A DNA stretch of 40,958 nt. Source: a virus. A model generated the notes under the pieces. It made no database searches. It was not told where the DNA came from and was given only the letters and a program-made list of their open reading frames with translations. Made by a program: the position numbers and the translations under genes. How positions within the stretch are numbered: the stretch's first letter is position 1; each line of letters opens with the position of its first letter. The stretch covers positions 1 through 40,958 of IMG/VR virus record IMGVR_UViG_3300012971_000013; one strand, given 5' to 3'. Of this stretch, positions 1 through 8,922 are shown piece after piece.

Positions 1-621
1 CGCCTCTCGGTGGCCGAGAGCACGATGGCGAACCTCATCGCGGGCGGCATCTACTCGGACGGCACCGCGAACGGCGGCAAGCAGATCACCGGGCTCGACG
101 CAGCCGTGCCGGTGAACCCGGCGACGGGAACCTACGGCGGCATCGACCGCGCGACCTGGACGTTCTGGCGCTCGAAGTCGACGACCGGCGGCGCGGCGTA
201 CACCGCCTCGACCATCCAGGCGGCGATGAACACGATGTGGTCGACGCTCGTGCGCGGTGTGGATCGTCCGAACCTGATCGTGATGGACGGCTTCATGTGG
301 AACATCTACATGGGCTCGCTCCAGGCGAATCAGCGCTTCACCGATCCGAACAGCGCGAAGCTCGGCTTCCCGACGATCAAGTACATGGACGCCGACGTGA
401 TCCTCGACGGCGGCATCGGCGGCTTCGCGGTCACGAAGACGATGTACTTCCTCAACACGAAGTACCTCTTCTACCGTCCGCACGCCGAACGCAACATGGT
501 CCCGCTCGCGCCTAACAAGCGCTACGCGATCAACCAGGACGCGGAGGTCCAGATCATCGCCTGGGCAGGGAACCTCACCTGCAGCGGCGCGCAGTTCCAG
601 GGACGGCTGATCTCGCCGTGA
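1..621 (+). CDS. Major capsid protein, C-terminal part (continuation of 40524..40868)
   Basis: Frame continuity across the 90-bp overlap. High GC3. Size (321 aa) and position match a capsid gene. Followed by the terminator at 650-689. Confidence 0.75.
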   Translation, partial: RLSVAESTMANLIAGGIYSDGTANGGKQITGLDAAVPVNPATGTYGGIDRATWTFWRSKSTTGGAAYTASTIQAAMNTMWSTLVRGVDRPNLIVMDGFMWNIYMGSLQANQRFTDPNSAKLGFPTIKYMDADVILDGGIGGFAVTKTMYFLNTKYLFYRPHAERNMVPLAPNKRYAINQDAEVQIIAWAGNLTCSGAQFQGRLISP

Positions 622-649
622 TGTCTTCTTGGCCTTCTCGGGCCTTCGT

Positions 650-689
650 GGGAGCGCTGCGGCAACGGCGGCGCTCCCGCTTTTCTTTT
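650..689 (+). terminator. Rho-independent terminator after the capsid gene
   Basis: 11-bp stem gggagcgctgc/gcggcgctccc (one G-U), 7-nt loop, then gcttttctttt. Confidence 0.8.
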
Positions 690-700
690 CGAGGTGAACG

Positions 701-1039
701 ATGAACGAGAACGATCCCAGCGTCCTGCGGAACCTGCCCGATCCGAACTACAAACCGGACTACGTGCCGCCGCCTTCCTTCGAGCCGGAGAGCGTGAGCG
801 TACTGCGAAACAAGCCCGAGAAAGTGCAGCCACCGACACCGCCGGTTCCGCTCGGCGAGGTGATGCCTGGCGCGCAAAACGACGTCGATCCGCCGCCGAG
901 CGTGCTCGGCACGAGCTTCGGCCCGGTCGCGCCCGAGCATGTCGAGCCGTCTGAGGAACACGAAACGCAATCGTCGGATGACGAGCCGCAGACGCACACC
1001 ACCAAGCGTCACACCACTACGCAACACCGTAGGAGATAA
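701..1039 (+). CDS. Proline-rich acidic protein of unknown function (virion module)
   Basis: ATG after GAGGTG. GC3-rich. 112 aa, Pro-rich, with three SVL(R/G) repeats. The next gene's AGGAGA RBS lies in its 3' end. Confidence 0.55.
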   Translation: MNENDPSVLRNLPDPNYKPDYVPPPSFEPESVSVLRNKPEKVQPPTPPVPLGEVMPGAQNDVDPPPSVLGTSFGPVAPEHVEPSEEHETQSSDDEPQTHTTKRHTTTQHRRR

Positions 1040-1041
1040 CC

Positions 1042-1650
1042 ATGCCTGCATCTCTTCCTGGCGAAACGAACGCCAACAACCGCACCGCCAACCCGAGCGC
1101 GGGCCAGCCGGTGACGTTCGATCTGCTCTCGGGGCCGAAGGGCTCGCCGAACGACAAGGACACGACCGGCAACGCATCGACCGGTGCGCTCGCGACCGGC
1201 ATCGGCTACGGGCCGGAGGTGGTGCTCGGACTCCTTCCGCTCTATCAGACCAACCCGGCGGCGATCAACAGGCAGGGCTTCACCGACGACTACACGCCTG
1301 GTGTGTCGACGGTGACCGGCGCAGCGTCGACCGACTCGCGCTACATGTACATCGGCGGCGGACGAAGCAAGACCTCGGGCTCGCCGTCGTACTCGAACCC
1401 GGCGGGCGTCGCTGGCATCAACTATTACACCGCAGGCTTCGGCATCGGTGCTGCGGGCTCTGGCGGCTCGCGTGATGCGGGCGCGGGCCCGGCGTTCACC
1501 GGCTTCGCGATCAAGATGGTGACGGCAACGGGCACGGTCGCGAACGGCGCGGCCATCGAGGCGGGCTGGACCAATCGCGCGGGCGTCTCGTTGGCGGTCA
1601 ACCAGTCGTCCTTCGGCAGCAGCACGGCAGCGAGCGCGGCGGTGGCGTGA
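1042..1650 (+). CDS. Gly/Ala/Ser/Thr-rich virion protein (decoration or fibre-like, by position only)
   Basis: ATG 2 nt after the previous stop, with AGGAGA upstream. 202 aa. No family recognised. Confidence 0.55.
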   Translation: MPASLPGETNANNRTANPSAGQPVTFDLLSGPKGSPNDKDTTGNASTGALATGIGYGPEVVLGLLPLYQTNPAAINRQGFTDDYTPGVSTVTGAASTDSRYMYIGGGRSKTSGSPSYSNPAGVAGINYYTAGFGIGAAGSGGSRDAGAGPAFTGFAIKMVTATGTVANGAAIEAGWTNRAGVSLAVNQSSFGSSTAASAAVA

Positions 1651-1988
1651 ACGCGTCGGCGATGGGTTTCAGTGGCAGCGGTCGCATCGGGACCACGACC
1701 GCTGCGCCCACAGGAAACGCGCCGAACGCGATCCCGTACAACGCGGGCAACATCTGCGTCGCGCCAGGCGGCGGCACACCGCGCTCGTGGGTGGCGGGCC
1801 TTCCCTACGCGGTCAACGGTCGCATGGTCATCGACACCACGGGCGCGGCGATCACCGGCTACATCGGAGGCCTGGCGTTGACCGCAGCGGGCGCACTCGC
1901 AGCCGACACCACCGGAGCCATCGACCACTACGTGCGCGGCATTCCGATCACCGCGCAAGGTCGTCTCGCCATCGGAGTGCCCGTATGA
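1647..1988 (+). CDS. Small Gly/Ala-rich virion-module protein
   Basis: GTGA start/stop overlap with the upstream gene. 113 aa. GC3-rich. Confidence 0.5.
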   Translation: MNASAMGFSGSGRIGTTTAAPTGNAPNAIPYNAGNICVAPGGGTPRSWVAGLPYAVNGRMVIDTTGAAITGYIGGLALTAAGALAADTTGAIDHYVRGIPITAQGRLAIGVPV

Positions 1989-3613
1989 GCAGCGCAACGC
2001 AACTCGCTGACGCGTTCGCGGTCGGCGTCAACCAGACCTACGGGCCGAAGCTCGGGATGTCGACCGGCATCGGCATCGGCTCGTACACAGCGGACACCAA
2101 CCGGCTTTTCCCCGACGGCGTGCCGTCGCTCTGGAAGATCGGCGGATCAGCCGGTGCGCCGAGCTACATCGCGAGCGCACTGCCTGCTCCGAACTACAAC
2201 ACTCCAGTCGGTTATGTGAAGGCGCTCGCCGATATTCCCAACGGTGGCTCTCAAGGTGCCTACGTGAACAACACCGGCAATACCGTCAAAGCCGGTCAGT
2301 ACTTTTGGGGCACGGGCACGCTCGCAACGACGCTCATCGTCGGGTCTGGCTCGGGTGGTCACGGCATCTGGACTCCTGACGCACCAGCATTGAGCGTGCT
2401 CGCGAACCAGCCGTGGGATCAGCGTTGGCTCATGACCCCGAATCTATGGGTGCCGACGGCATCGGACGGCTTTGCAGGGCAGGTCGGCCCCGGGTTCAGT
2501 CCGGTGAAGGACACCTGTTTTCATATTCAGCGGTCGTCGGGCACCCACCAACTCATATTCAGCGTCGGGAGAAACGGAAGCTCCACCGTGTCCGCCACCA
2601 AGGTTTTCCCGTCGTGGGCGGACGCGACTCAGCATTGGATTCGGTGGACGTACATCCCGGCCACTGGTTTCACAGATTTCTTCTGGTCCGACGACGGCGT
2701 CGCTTGGACGAGCGTCGGTGGACAAACGTACACATCGACCACGTTGCTCAACGATTCAGTGAGGCCGGTCGCTGTCGGCATGAACGGACTCGGTTCGCTG
2801 TTCAATTCTGTCGCGGGGAAATATCAGCGATACGAACTGCGTTCTCCGATCAACGGCCCGCTCATCGCTGGGTTCGATGCGAGTCAGGCGGTAGCTGGCG
2901 CAGCCGCGTGTGCTGGCTTCGGCGGAGAAGTCTGGACGTTGTCGAACATGGCCGCGTTCGTCAATGCGACAGCGCCAGCAGTGAAACTCATTCTGCCCGG
3001 CGGCTGGCAACCTGTCAGTTGCGTGACGACGCCTGACACGGCGGCGTTCACTCCGATGCTCACGACGTCGTGGGAGTACCGAGCGTTGATGTCTTCCCCT
3101 TCTTGGGGAAGCCTCACGCAACAAATCTGTGGGCAATCGGATGGGACGGCCCCCAACAGCAGTTGGTGGTCGGACTGGCGTTCGTCGAGGACTGTGGAGT
3201 TTGGCGTCTACGCTCCGGCGAGCGGCGGGCCCGCCTCGATCCAGAGCGCGACGTACCCGAGTTGGGCGGCTAACACGGAGCACTGGATTCGCGTCACCTA
3301 CAACGCGGCCACTTCAATCGTTTCGTTCTATTGGTCCGACGACGGCTCGGCGTGGACGCTCGTCAACGCGCCAAGCATGGCACCAGCGGCAGCGGCTCAG
3401 GATTCGACGCTGCCTCTCCGCGTTGGTCATTCGGACGGCACGCCGCAGAACGGCGTCCAAGGTTACATCAGACGCTTCGAGCTTCGCTCGCCGATTGGCG
3501 GGGCAATCATCGCAGGTTGGGATGCGTCGCAGGCGTTGCAGAGCGCGTTGACCGCGCCGGGCTTGAACGGCGAGACATGGTCGACCGTCGGTAACGCCTT
3601 TTTCGTTGGATAG
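1985..3613 (+). CDS. Protein with two tandem LamG/concanavalin-A-like lectin domains (putative carbohydrate-binding virion protein)
   Basis: ATGA overlap start, 542 aa. Two ~170-aa repeats share HWIR(W/V)TY..F(F/Y)WSDDG.AWT....(Y)(Q/I)R(Y/F)ELRSPI.G..IAG.DASQA, a LamG-type jelly-roll pattern. GC looks lower than in neighbouring genes. Confidence 0.65.
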   Translation: MSSATQLADAFAVGVNQTYGPKLGMSTGIGIGSYTADTNRLFPDGVPSLWKIGGSAGAPSYIASALPAPNYNTPVGYVKALADIPNGGSQGAYVNNTGNTVKAGQYFWGTGTLATTLIVGSGSGGHGIWTPDAPALSVLANQPWDQRWLMTPNLWVPTASDGFAGQVGPGFSPVKDTCFHIQRSSGTHQLIFSVGRNGSSTVSATKVFPSWADATQHWIRWTYIPATGFTDFFWSDDGVAWTSVGGQTYTSTTLLNDSVRPVAVGMNGLGSLFNSVAGKYQRYELRSPINGPLIAGFDASQAVAGAAACAGFGGEVWTLSNMAAFVNATAPAVKLILPGGWQPVSCVTTPDTAAFTPMLTTSWEYRALMSSPSWGSLTQQICGQSDGTAPNSSWWSDWRSSRTVEFGVYAPASGGPASIQSATYPSWAANTEHWIRVTYNAATSIVSFYWSDDGSAWTLVNAPSMAPAAAAQDSTLPLRVGHSDGTPQNGVQGYIRRFELRSPIGGAIIAGWDASQALQSALTAPGLNGETWSTVGNAFFVG

Positions 3614-3621
3614 GAGATCAC

Positions 3622-4203
3622 ATGCAGACATTCGAGTCAGACATCTCGCACTTCGATCCGCGCAACCCGTTCAAGGGCGACGAGCGACTCCCGGTGCGCT
3701 TCTACATGGGCGCGATCCAGAACGACGAGGAGACCGAGAAGCAAGGTCGCCCGATCTTCGTCGACACCGAGTGCATTCAGATTTTCAACTCGAAGGACAA
3801 CGTGATCGACCGCCCGATCCGCGACAGCGACAAGCAGCGCTGGCCCGGCGCGTACAACGCCTGGAAGAGCGGCGGCGATGGCGAGCCCGGCGCGACCGGT
3901 ACGCGCCTCGCGCACTGGCCGATCATGACGCGCGCCCAGGTCGAGGAGTTCCGCTTCTTCAAAATCTTCACGGTCGAGCAACTGGCCGAGCTTCCCGACA
4001 GCACCGCGCAGAAGATCATGGGCGCGGTGAAGCTCCGGCAGCTTGCGAAGCTCGCGGTCGAGGCTGCGCGCGGCGAGGAGCCGTTCCGGCGCATGCAGGC
4101 CGAGCTTGAGAAGCGCGACGGGCAGATCGCCGAACTGCAGTCCGAGGTGCGACGGCTCACCGGCCTGATCGCGGAGAAGCTGAAGGCCCCAGCGACGGTC
4201 TAG
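3622..4203 (+). CDS. Virion-module protein with C-terminal coiled coil
   Basis: AGGAGA RBS then ATG. 193 aa. The heptad-like C-terminus ends ..ELEKRDGQIAELQSEVRRLTGLIAEKL. Confidence 0.6.
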   Translation: MQTFESDISHFDPRNPFKGDERLPVRFYMGAIQNDEETEKQGRPIFVDTECIQIFNSKDNVIDRPIRDSDKQRWPGAYNAWKSGGDGEPGATGTRLAHWPIMTRAQVEEFRFFKIFTVEQLAELPDSTAQKIMGAVKLRQLAKLAVEAARGEEPFRRMQAELEKRDGQIAELQSEVRRLTGLIAEKLKAPATV

Positions 4204-4207
4204 CGCC

Positions 4208-4942
4208 ATGTCCGCGCTGCAGAAGCAGGACACGATCCTCTACGAGGTGCAGCAGGCCTGCATCCAGTTGTCGCTGCCTGCGCCCAAGGGCGTCTACGAC
4301 TCAGCCGACGAGAACGTGCTGATGATGGGCTCGGCGGCGAACCTCGCCGGGATCATGGTCGCCGAGGCGCACGACTGGCAGCAGCTACGCAAGACGTTCT
4401 CGCTCACTGGCGACGGCCTGAAGACGGCCTGGGACTTGCCCGCCGATTTCTCGCGCTTCGTCGACGGTACTGGCTGGACGCTCGCGAATCGCCGCCCGGT
4501 TGTCGTGGTGAGCCCGCAGCAGTGGGCGACCGTGTCGTCGTGGATTCCCAAGGTGAGCATCGCGCCGCTGTGCCGCATCATCGCCGATCAGCTTGCGTTC
4601 CTCACCGCGCCGATGAACGGCGAGGTCATCAAGTTCGAGTACATCGACGCGAACTGGGTCAGCGACGCCGACACGCCGACGACGTTCAAGCAGCGCGCCG
4701 ACAAGAACGGCGACGTGCCGCGCTTCGACTGGCTGCTGATGATGCTCGCGGTCAAGGTCAAGTGGCGCGAGTTGAAAGGCCTGGACACCACGGCGGTCCA
4801 GGGCGACTTCAACGACCGGCTGCTGCAACTCACGCAGCGCGACACGATGGGCCAGGCGCTCACGCTCTCGGGCCCGGTGCCTGGTGGCTTCCGTTACCTC
4901 GACGGCGTCTCGAACGTGCCCGACTCGGGCTTCGGCATGTGA
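4208..4942 (+). CDS. Head-tail adaptor / tail-tubular-A-like protein (synteny only)
   Basis: 244 aa, tightly packed, immediately upstream of the large tail protein. Confidence 0.45.
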   Translation: MSALQKQDTILYEVQQACIQLSLPAPKGVYDSADENVLMMGSAANLAGIMVAEAHDWQQLRKTFSLTGDGLKTAWDLPADFSRFVDGTGWTLANRRPVVVVSPQQWATVSSWIPKVSIAPLCRIIADQLAFLTAPMNGEVIKFEYIDANWVSDADTPTTFKQRADKNGDVPRFDWLLMMLAVKVKWRELKGLDTTAVQGDFNDRLLQLTQRDTMGQALTLSGPVPGGFRYLDGVSNVPDSGFGM

Positions 4943-4943
4943 C

Positions 4944-6665
4944 ATGTTCCGAGTCGCTACCCCGCAGAACACACGCCGCGCACAAGCGCAGCTAGGGACC
5001 GTCACGCCGCTCGCGATCCCGGCGAAAGGGCTGAACGCGCGCGACTCGCTCTCGCTGATGGGATCGCAGTACGCGATCTCGCTGATGAACGCGCTCTGCG
5101 AGCCGTACGGGCTTCGCACGCGCAAGGGCTACACCGAATGGGTCAGGAACCTTTCGCCTGGCATCCCGGTGCGAACGATGATGAGCTACTACCCGGCGGA
5201 CACGACGCCCGCCGCGATGCTGCTTCCGGCGGTGATGCGCCCGATGCCGGTCAGCCTGCGCCTCTTCGCGGAGCCGCGCGTCGCGGCGACACCACCAGCG
5301 GGCATGCTCTTCGCCGCGACCTCGGGGCGCATCTACGACGTCACCGCAGGAGGCTTCGGCCCCTGGACGCCGATGTCGGGCGTCTCCTCCACGAGCGACT
5401 TCTGGACGTGGATCAACTTCCAGAACCTCGCCGGTTCCTTCCTCGTGGCGTGCAACGACGACGGCGGCTATGCGTACTTCGACGGGTCTTCCTGGACGAT
5501 GCCAGCACTCGGTTCCGGGCCTGGCTTCATCACCGGCTGTGATCCCGCGCTCTTCTGCTACGTCGTCGAGCACAAGAAGCGCCTGTGGTTCATCGAGAAG
5601 GAGAGCACGAGCGCGTGGTATCTCCCGGTGTCGCAGATCACCGGCACGGTCACCGAGTTCAATTTCGGCGAGCAGTTCAGGCATGGCGGTCACCTGGTGG
5701 CGGTCGTTAGCTGGACGGTCGACGGCGGCATCGGCGTCGACGACTACCTGGTAGCGGTCTCCTCGCAGGGCGACATCGCGCTCTACAAGGGAACCGATCC
5801 AGACTCCGCGACCGACTGGGCGATCCAGGGCGTGTGGCACATCGGGCCGCTGCCCGCCGGGCGTCGCTCGGTGCTGAACACCGGAGCCGACGTTCACATC
5901 CTTTCGCAGCTTGGTGTGAACGCGCTCTCGCGCCTGCTCAACACGGTCGACCTGGCGCAGCAGGAAAGCATGCGCTTGAGCTACCTGATCTCGCCGGTCG
6001 TCTCGCGACTGATGCGCGAGGCCTCGACGCTCGACGGCTGGCAGATCGTGACGGTGCCGAAGGAAGAGCTTTTCCTGATCGGCGTCCCGCCCGACTCGCC
6101 GGAATTCGGCGGGCAGTACTTCGGGCTCAAGCTCTCGACGGCGGGCTGGTCGCAACTGAAGGCGTTGCCCTACTCGTGCTTCGTGTCTGTCGACGCCGAT
6201 GTCTTCGCTGGCACCTTCGACGGTCGCGTCGTGCGCGCGTTCGACGGCCCGCTCGACAACGTGCTGATCGGCGAGACCACCGGCTTGCCGATCCAGTGCC
6301 AGGTCACCCCGGCGTACAACTCGATGGAGGCGAACTTCGAGACCGGCGCGCGGCAGAAGGTCTTCAAGATGCTGCGCCCGACGTTCATCGCGACGGCGAC
6401 GCCGACGAACAGCGTGTCGGTCATGACCGACTACGGCGCGCCGAAACCCGGAGTCGTTCCTACGCTGCCCGACATCGCCGAGGCGGTGTGGGATGTGGAC
6501 CTGTGGGACGTCGGCAAGTGGAGCGGGCTCACCGAGCCGATCAAGGAGTGGATCGGCGTGCACGGCGTGGGCTTCACCGGCACGGCGCAGCTTGACTACA
6601 AGTGCGGCGGCGACACGGTGCTCGCATCGATTGACTTCTGGACGGAGACCGGAGGCGTGCTGTGA
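4944..6665 (+). CDS. Large tail (nozzle / tail-tubular-B-like) protein
   Basis: ATG 4944 starts 2 nt after the previous stop; the 4884 extension overlaps the upstream gene. 573 aa, beta-rich. Assigned from size and position. Confidence 0.5.
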   Translation: MFRVATPQNTRRAQAQLGTVTPLAIPAKGLNARDSLSLMGSQYAISLMNALCEPYGLRTRKGYTEWVRNLSPGIPVRTMMSYYPADTTPAAMLLPAVMRPMPVSLRLFAEPRVAATPPAGMLFAATSGRIYDVTAGGFGPWTPMSGVSSTSDFWTWINFQNLAGSFLVACNDDGGYAYFDGSSWTMPALGSGPGFITGCDPALFCYVVEHKKRLWFIEKESTSAWYLPVSQITGTVTEFNFGEQFRHGGHLVAVVSWTVDGGIGVDDYLVAVSSQGDIALYKGTDPDSATDWAIQGVWHIGPLPAGRRSVLNTGADVHILSQLGVNALSRLLNTVDLAQQESMRLSYLISPVVSRLMREASTLDGWQIVTVPKEELFLIGVPPDSPEFGGQYFGLKLSTAGWSQLKALPYSCFVSVDADVFAGTFDGRVVRAFDGPLDNVLIGETTGLPIQCQVTPAYNSMEANFETGARQKVFKMLRPTFIATATPTNSVSVMTDYGAPKPGVVPTLPDIAEAVWDVDLWDVGKWSGLTEPIKEWIGVHGVGFTGTAQLDYKCGGDTVLASIDFWTETGGVL

Positions 6666-7114
6666 TCGTGCTGCCGAAGAACGATCACGAGTGGCGCGCG
6701 CTCGCCGGGTTCCTCCAGCAGCACGCTGGCGTGCACCCGAGCGCCGATCTGCGCGTCATGGGCTGGGTGAGCGAAGGCAAGCTCGTGATCGCGGTGGGCC
6801 TCAACGGCTTCCTCGGCAAGCTCGCGCAGATTCACATCGCCTTCGAGCGTAACTGGCACTTCAGCCCGCGCGCCATGCTCGAAGAAGTCTTCCGCTACGC
6901 GTTCATCGAGATGGGCCGCGAAATGCTGCTCGGCGTGGTGAACAGCAACAACACGAAGGCGATGCGGTGGGATCAGCACCTCGGGTTCCGTGAACTGTAC
7001 CGGCTCCCGGGGATGCACGACGACGGCGGCGACGTGGTCCTGCTCGCGATGAAGAAGGACGAGTGCAGGTATCTCACGCGCAGGCCACTCCTTGAAAAGA
7101 CCGGGAGCGAATGA
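6662..7114 (+). CDS. GNAT-fold acetyltransferase-like protein
   Basis: GTGA overlap start, 150 aa. The C-terminal ..VVNSNNTKAMRWDQHLGFRELYRL..DVVLLAMKK matches the usual GNAT beta-alpha-beta end. No clear Q/RxxGxG/A loop. Confidence 0.45.
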   Translation: MIVLPKNDHEWRALAGFLQQHAGVHPSADLRVMGWVSEGKLVIAVGLNGFLGKLAQIHIAFERNWHFSPRAMLEEVFRYAFIEMGREMLLGVVNSNNTKAMRWDQHLGFRELYRLPGMHDDGGDVVLLAMKKDECRYLTRRPLLEKTGSE

Positions 7115-7995
7115 TGGGCGGCGGAAAAAGCGGACCAGACTACGGCGGCGCAGCCGCGCAAGACGCGCGGATGAACCAGCAGATGCTCACGCAGCAGACC
7201 TGGGCGAACCGGCCCACGGTGAACACCCCGTGGGGGCAGCAGACCTGGGGATCGACGACCGACATCGATCCTTCGACCGGCCAGCCGGTGACGTCGTGGA
7301 CGCAGAACATCTCGCTCAACCCTGACCAGCAGGCGGCGCTCAACTCGCAACAGGCGGTGCAGACCGGGCGCTCGCAGGCCGCGCAGGGCCTGCTTGGTCA
7401 GGCCACCGCAGCGACCGCGAATCCGCTCGACTACCAGAACCTGCCACCTGCGGCGCTGCAGGCCGCGCAAGCGGGCAACGTCCAGGACTCGCAGCAGCGC
7501 GCTTACAACCTGATGAGCCAGATGCTCCAGCCTGGGCGCGAGCAGCAGCAGTCGTCGCTCGACACCAAGCTCGCGAACATGGGGCTGTCCGCCGGAAGCC
7601 AAGCCAACCAGCGCGCCAACATGCAACTGCAGAACCAGTGGGGCGCGGAGAACCGGCAGATGCTCGGCCAGGCGATGCAGCAGGGCACGCAGGACGTGCA
7701 GCAGCAGTACGGGCTCAACGCGGCGCAGATCAACCAGCAGAACCAGTTGCGGGCGCAGGCGCTCGGCGAGGCCGAGCAGAAGCGCGCGATGCCGCTGAAC
7801 GAATTGAACGCGCTGCTCACCGGCCAGCAAGTCGGCATGCCGCAGATGCCTGGATTCAACGCGGCGGGCATGGGCCAACCTGGGCAGAACCTCCAGGCCG
7901 CGCAACTCCAGGGCCAGTGGAACCAGGGGATGATGCCCGACTACGGCGCGCTCGCTGGCGCTGGGCTCACTGCGGCGGCGGTGATGGGATTCTGA
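7111..7995 (+). CDS. Gln-rich internal virion / ejection-type protein
   Basis: ATGA overlap, 294 aa. Very Q/N/A/G-rich low-complexity sequence. Lies in the tail/internal-protein block. Confidence 0.5.
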   Translation: MMGGGKSGPDYGGAAAQDARMNQQMLTQQTWANRPTVNTPWGQQTWGSTTDIDPSTGQPVTSWTQNISLNPDQQAALNSQQAVQTGRSQAAQGLLGQATAATANPLDYQNLPPAALQAAQAGNVQDSQQRAYNLMSQMLQPGREQQQSSLDTKLANMGLSAGSQANQRANMQLQNQWGAENRQMLGQAMQQGTQDVQQQYGLNAAQINQQNQLRAQALGEAEQKRAMPLNELNALLTGQQVGMPQMPGFNAAGMGQPGQNLQAAQLQGQWNQGMMPDYGALAGAGLTAAAVMGF

Positions 7996-8570
7996 TGACC
8001 ACGTCCGAAAGCCTGAAGAAGATGCTCGGCGAGGTGCCGGTGATGAAGCTCGACGGTCGTGAGGCGTTCCTGACCTGGCTTAAGTTCTCGCACGGCATCA
8101 TGCGAGCTTCGGAGCCGCTGCTGGAGATCGCGGCGTTGAAATCGAACGGAGCGCTGCGCGAGTATTACCAGGCGAAGCAACTCGACGAACACGATCACGC
8201 TCGCTGGCTCGCTGAAGACATCGCTACGCTCGGGGAGAAGCCCTACGAGATCGACCACGCGACCGCAGCGACCGCTGGCGCGCAGTACTACTACCTGCAG
8301 CACGTCGGGCCGCACGCGCTGCTCGGCTACATCGCCGCGCTGGAGTTCCGCCCGATGCCGCTCGCACAGATCGAGGCCCTCGAACTGCTCTATGGCAAGG
8401 AAGCGCTCCGCTGCGCGCGCCACCACGCGGTGGAGGACGTCGAGCACGCGAAGACGCTCTCGGAGGTGATCGATCTCTACGAGGACAAGGCCCGCGTCAT
8501 CGTCTACAGCGCGCTGCTCACCGCGCGGATGATCGGCTTTTATCTCACCGAAAGGATGGCCCATGGCTAG
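7995..8570 (+). CDS. Heme-oxygenase-like (di-iron oxidase / iron-containing redox enzyme family-like) helical protein
   Basis: TGATG overlap, 191 aa, all-helical. Candidate metal ligands follow an E / ExxH / E / DxxH pattern (..SEPLLE.., ..DEHDHARW.., ..IEALE.., ..VEDVEHAK..). Confidence 0.4.
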   Translation: MTTSESLKKMLGEVPVMKLDGREAFLTWLKFSHGIMRASEPLLEIAALKSNGALREYYQAKQLDEHDHARWLAEDIATLGEKPYEIDHATAATAGAQYYYLQHVGPHALLGYIAALEFRPMPLAQIEALELLYGKEALRCARHHAVEDVEHAKTLSEVIDLYEDKARVIVYSALLTARMIGFYLTERMAHG

Positions 8571-8922
8571 CTCCGACCCGAACTCCGCAGCGTTTGCATA
8601 CCTCACCATGGCCGACTTGTCCGACGAGGAGAAGCGGATCGCGCAGCAGCAGGCGATGGCTGACCAGCTTCGCGGCGCGGCGCTGCAGCCGAGTGCTCGC
8701 AGGGACTGGGCCTCGCAGGCTGCGCGCGGCGTGCAGGGCGCGGCGTCGGCGTACGGCACTTACAAGACGAACAAGATGCTCGACCAGTACTCGAAGGACA
8801 AGCAGAGCGTGCTCGACCAGGCGAAGGATGCGCTCATGCCCGGGTGGCGTCAGAAGCAGAACCTGCCGATTGCACCGCCCGCAGCGCCCATCGACTACTC
8901 GCAATATGGTGAGTACAACTGA
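8563..8922 (+). CDS. Small virion-module protein
   Basis: ATG overlaps the upstream stop by 8 nt. 119 aa. GC3-rich. Confidence 0.5.
   Translation: MASSDPNSAAFAYLTMADLSDEEKRIAQQQAMADQLRGAALQPSARRDWASQAARGVQGAASAYGTYKTNKMLDQYSKDKQSVLDQAKDALMPGWRQKQNLPIAPPAAPIDYSQYGEYN

Noticed and set aside
1787-1984. N-terminal extension of the LamG-domain ORF (track start 1787)
   Set aside because: The extension is Arg/His/Gly-rich and fully overlaps the better-looking gene 1647..1988. ATG 1985 gives a standard ATGA coupling.
4992-6563. 523-aa ORF on the - strand
   Set aside because: It lies entirely antisense to the nozzle-like gene. The product is Arg/Ala/Asp/His-rich low-complexity sequence typical of GC-rich shadow frames, with no RBS-linked start. 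The + strand gene has coherent composition and tight coupling to its neighbours.
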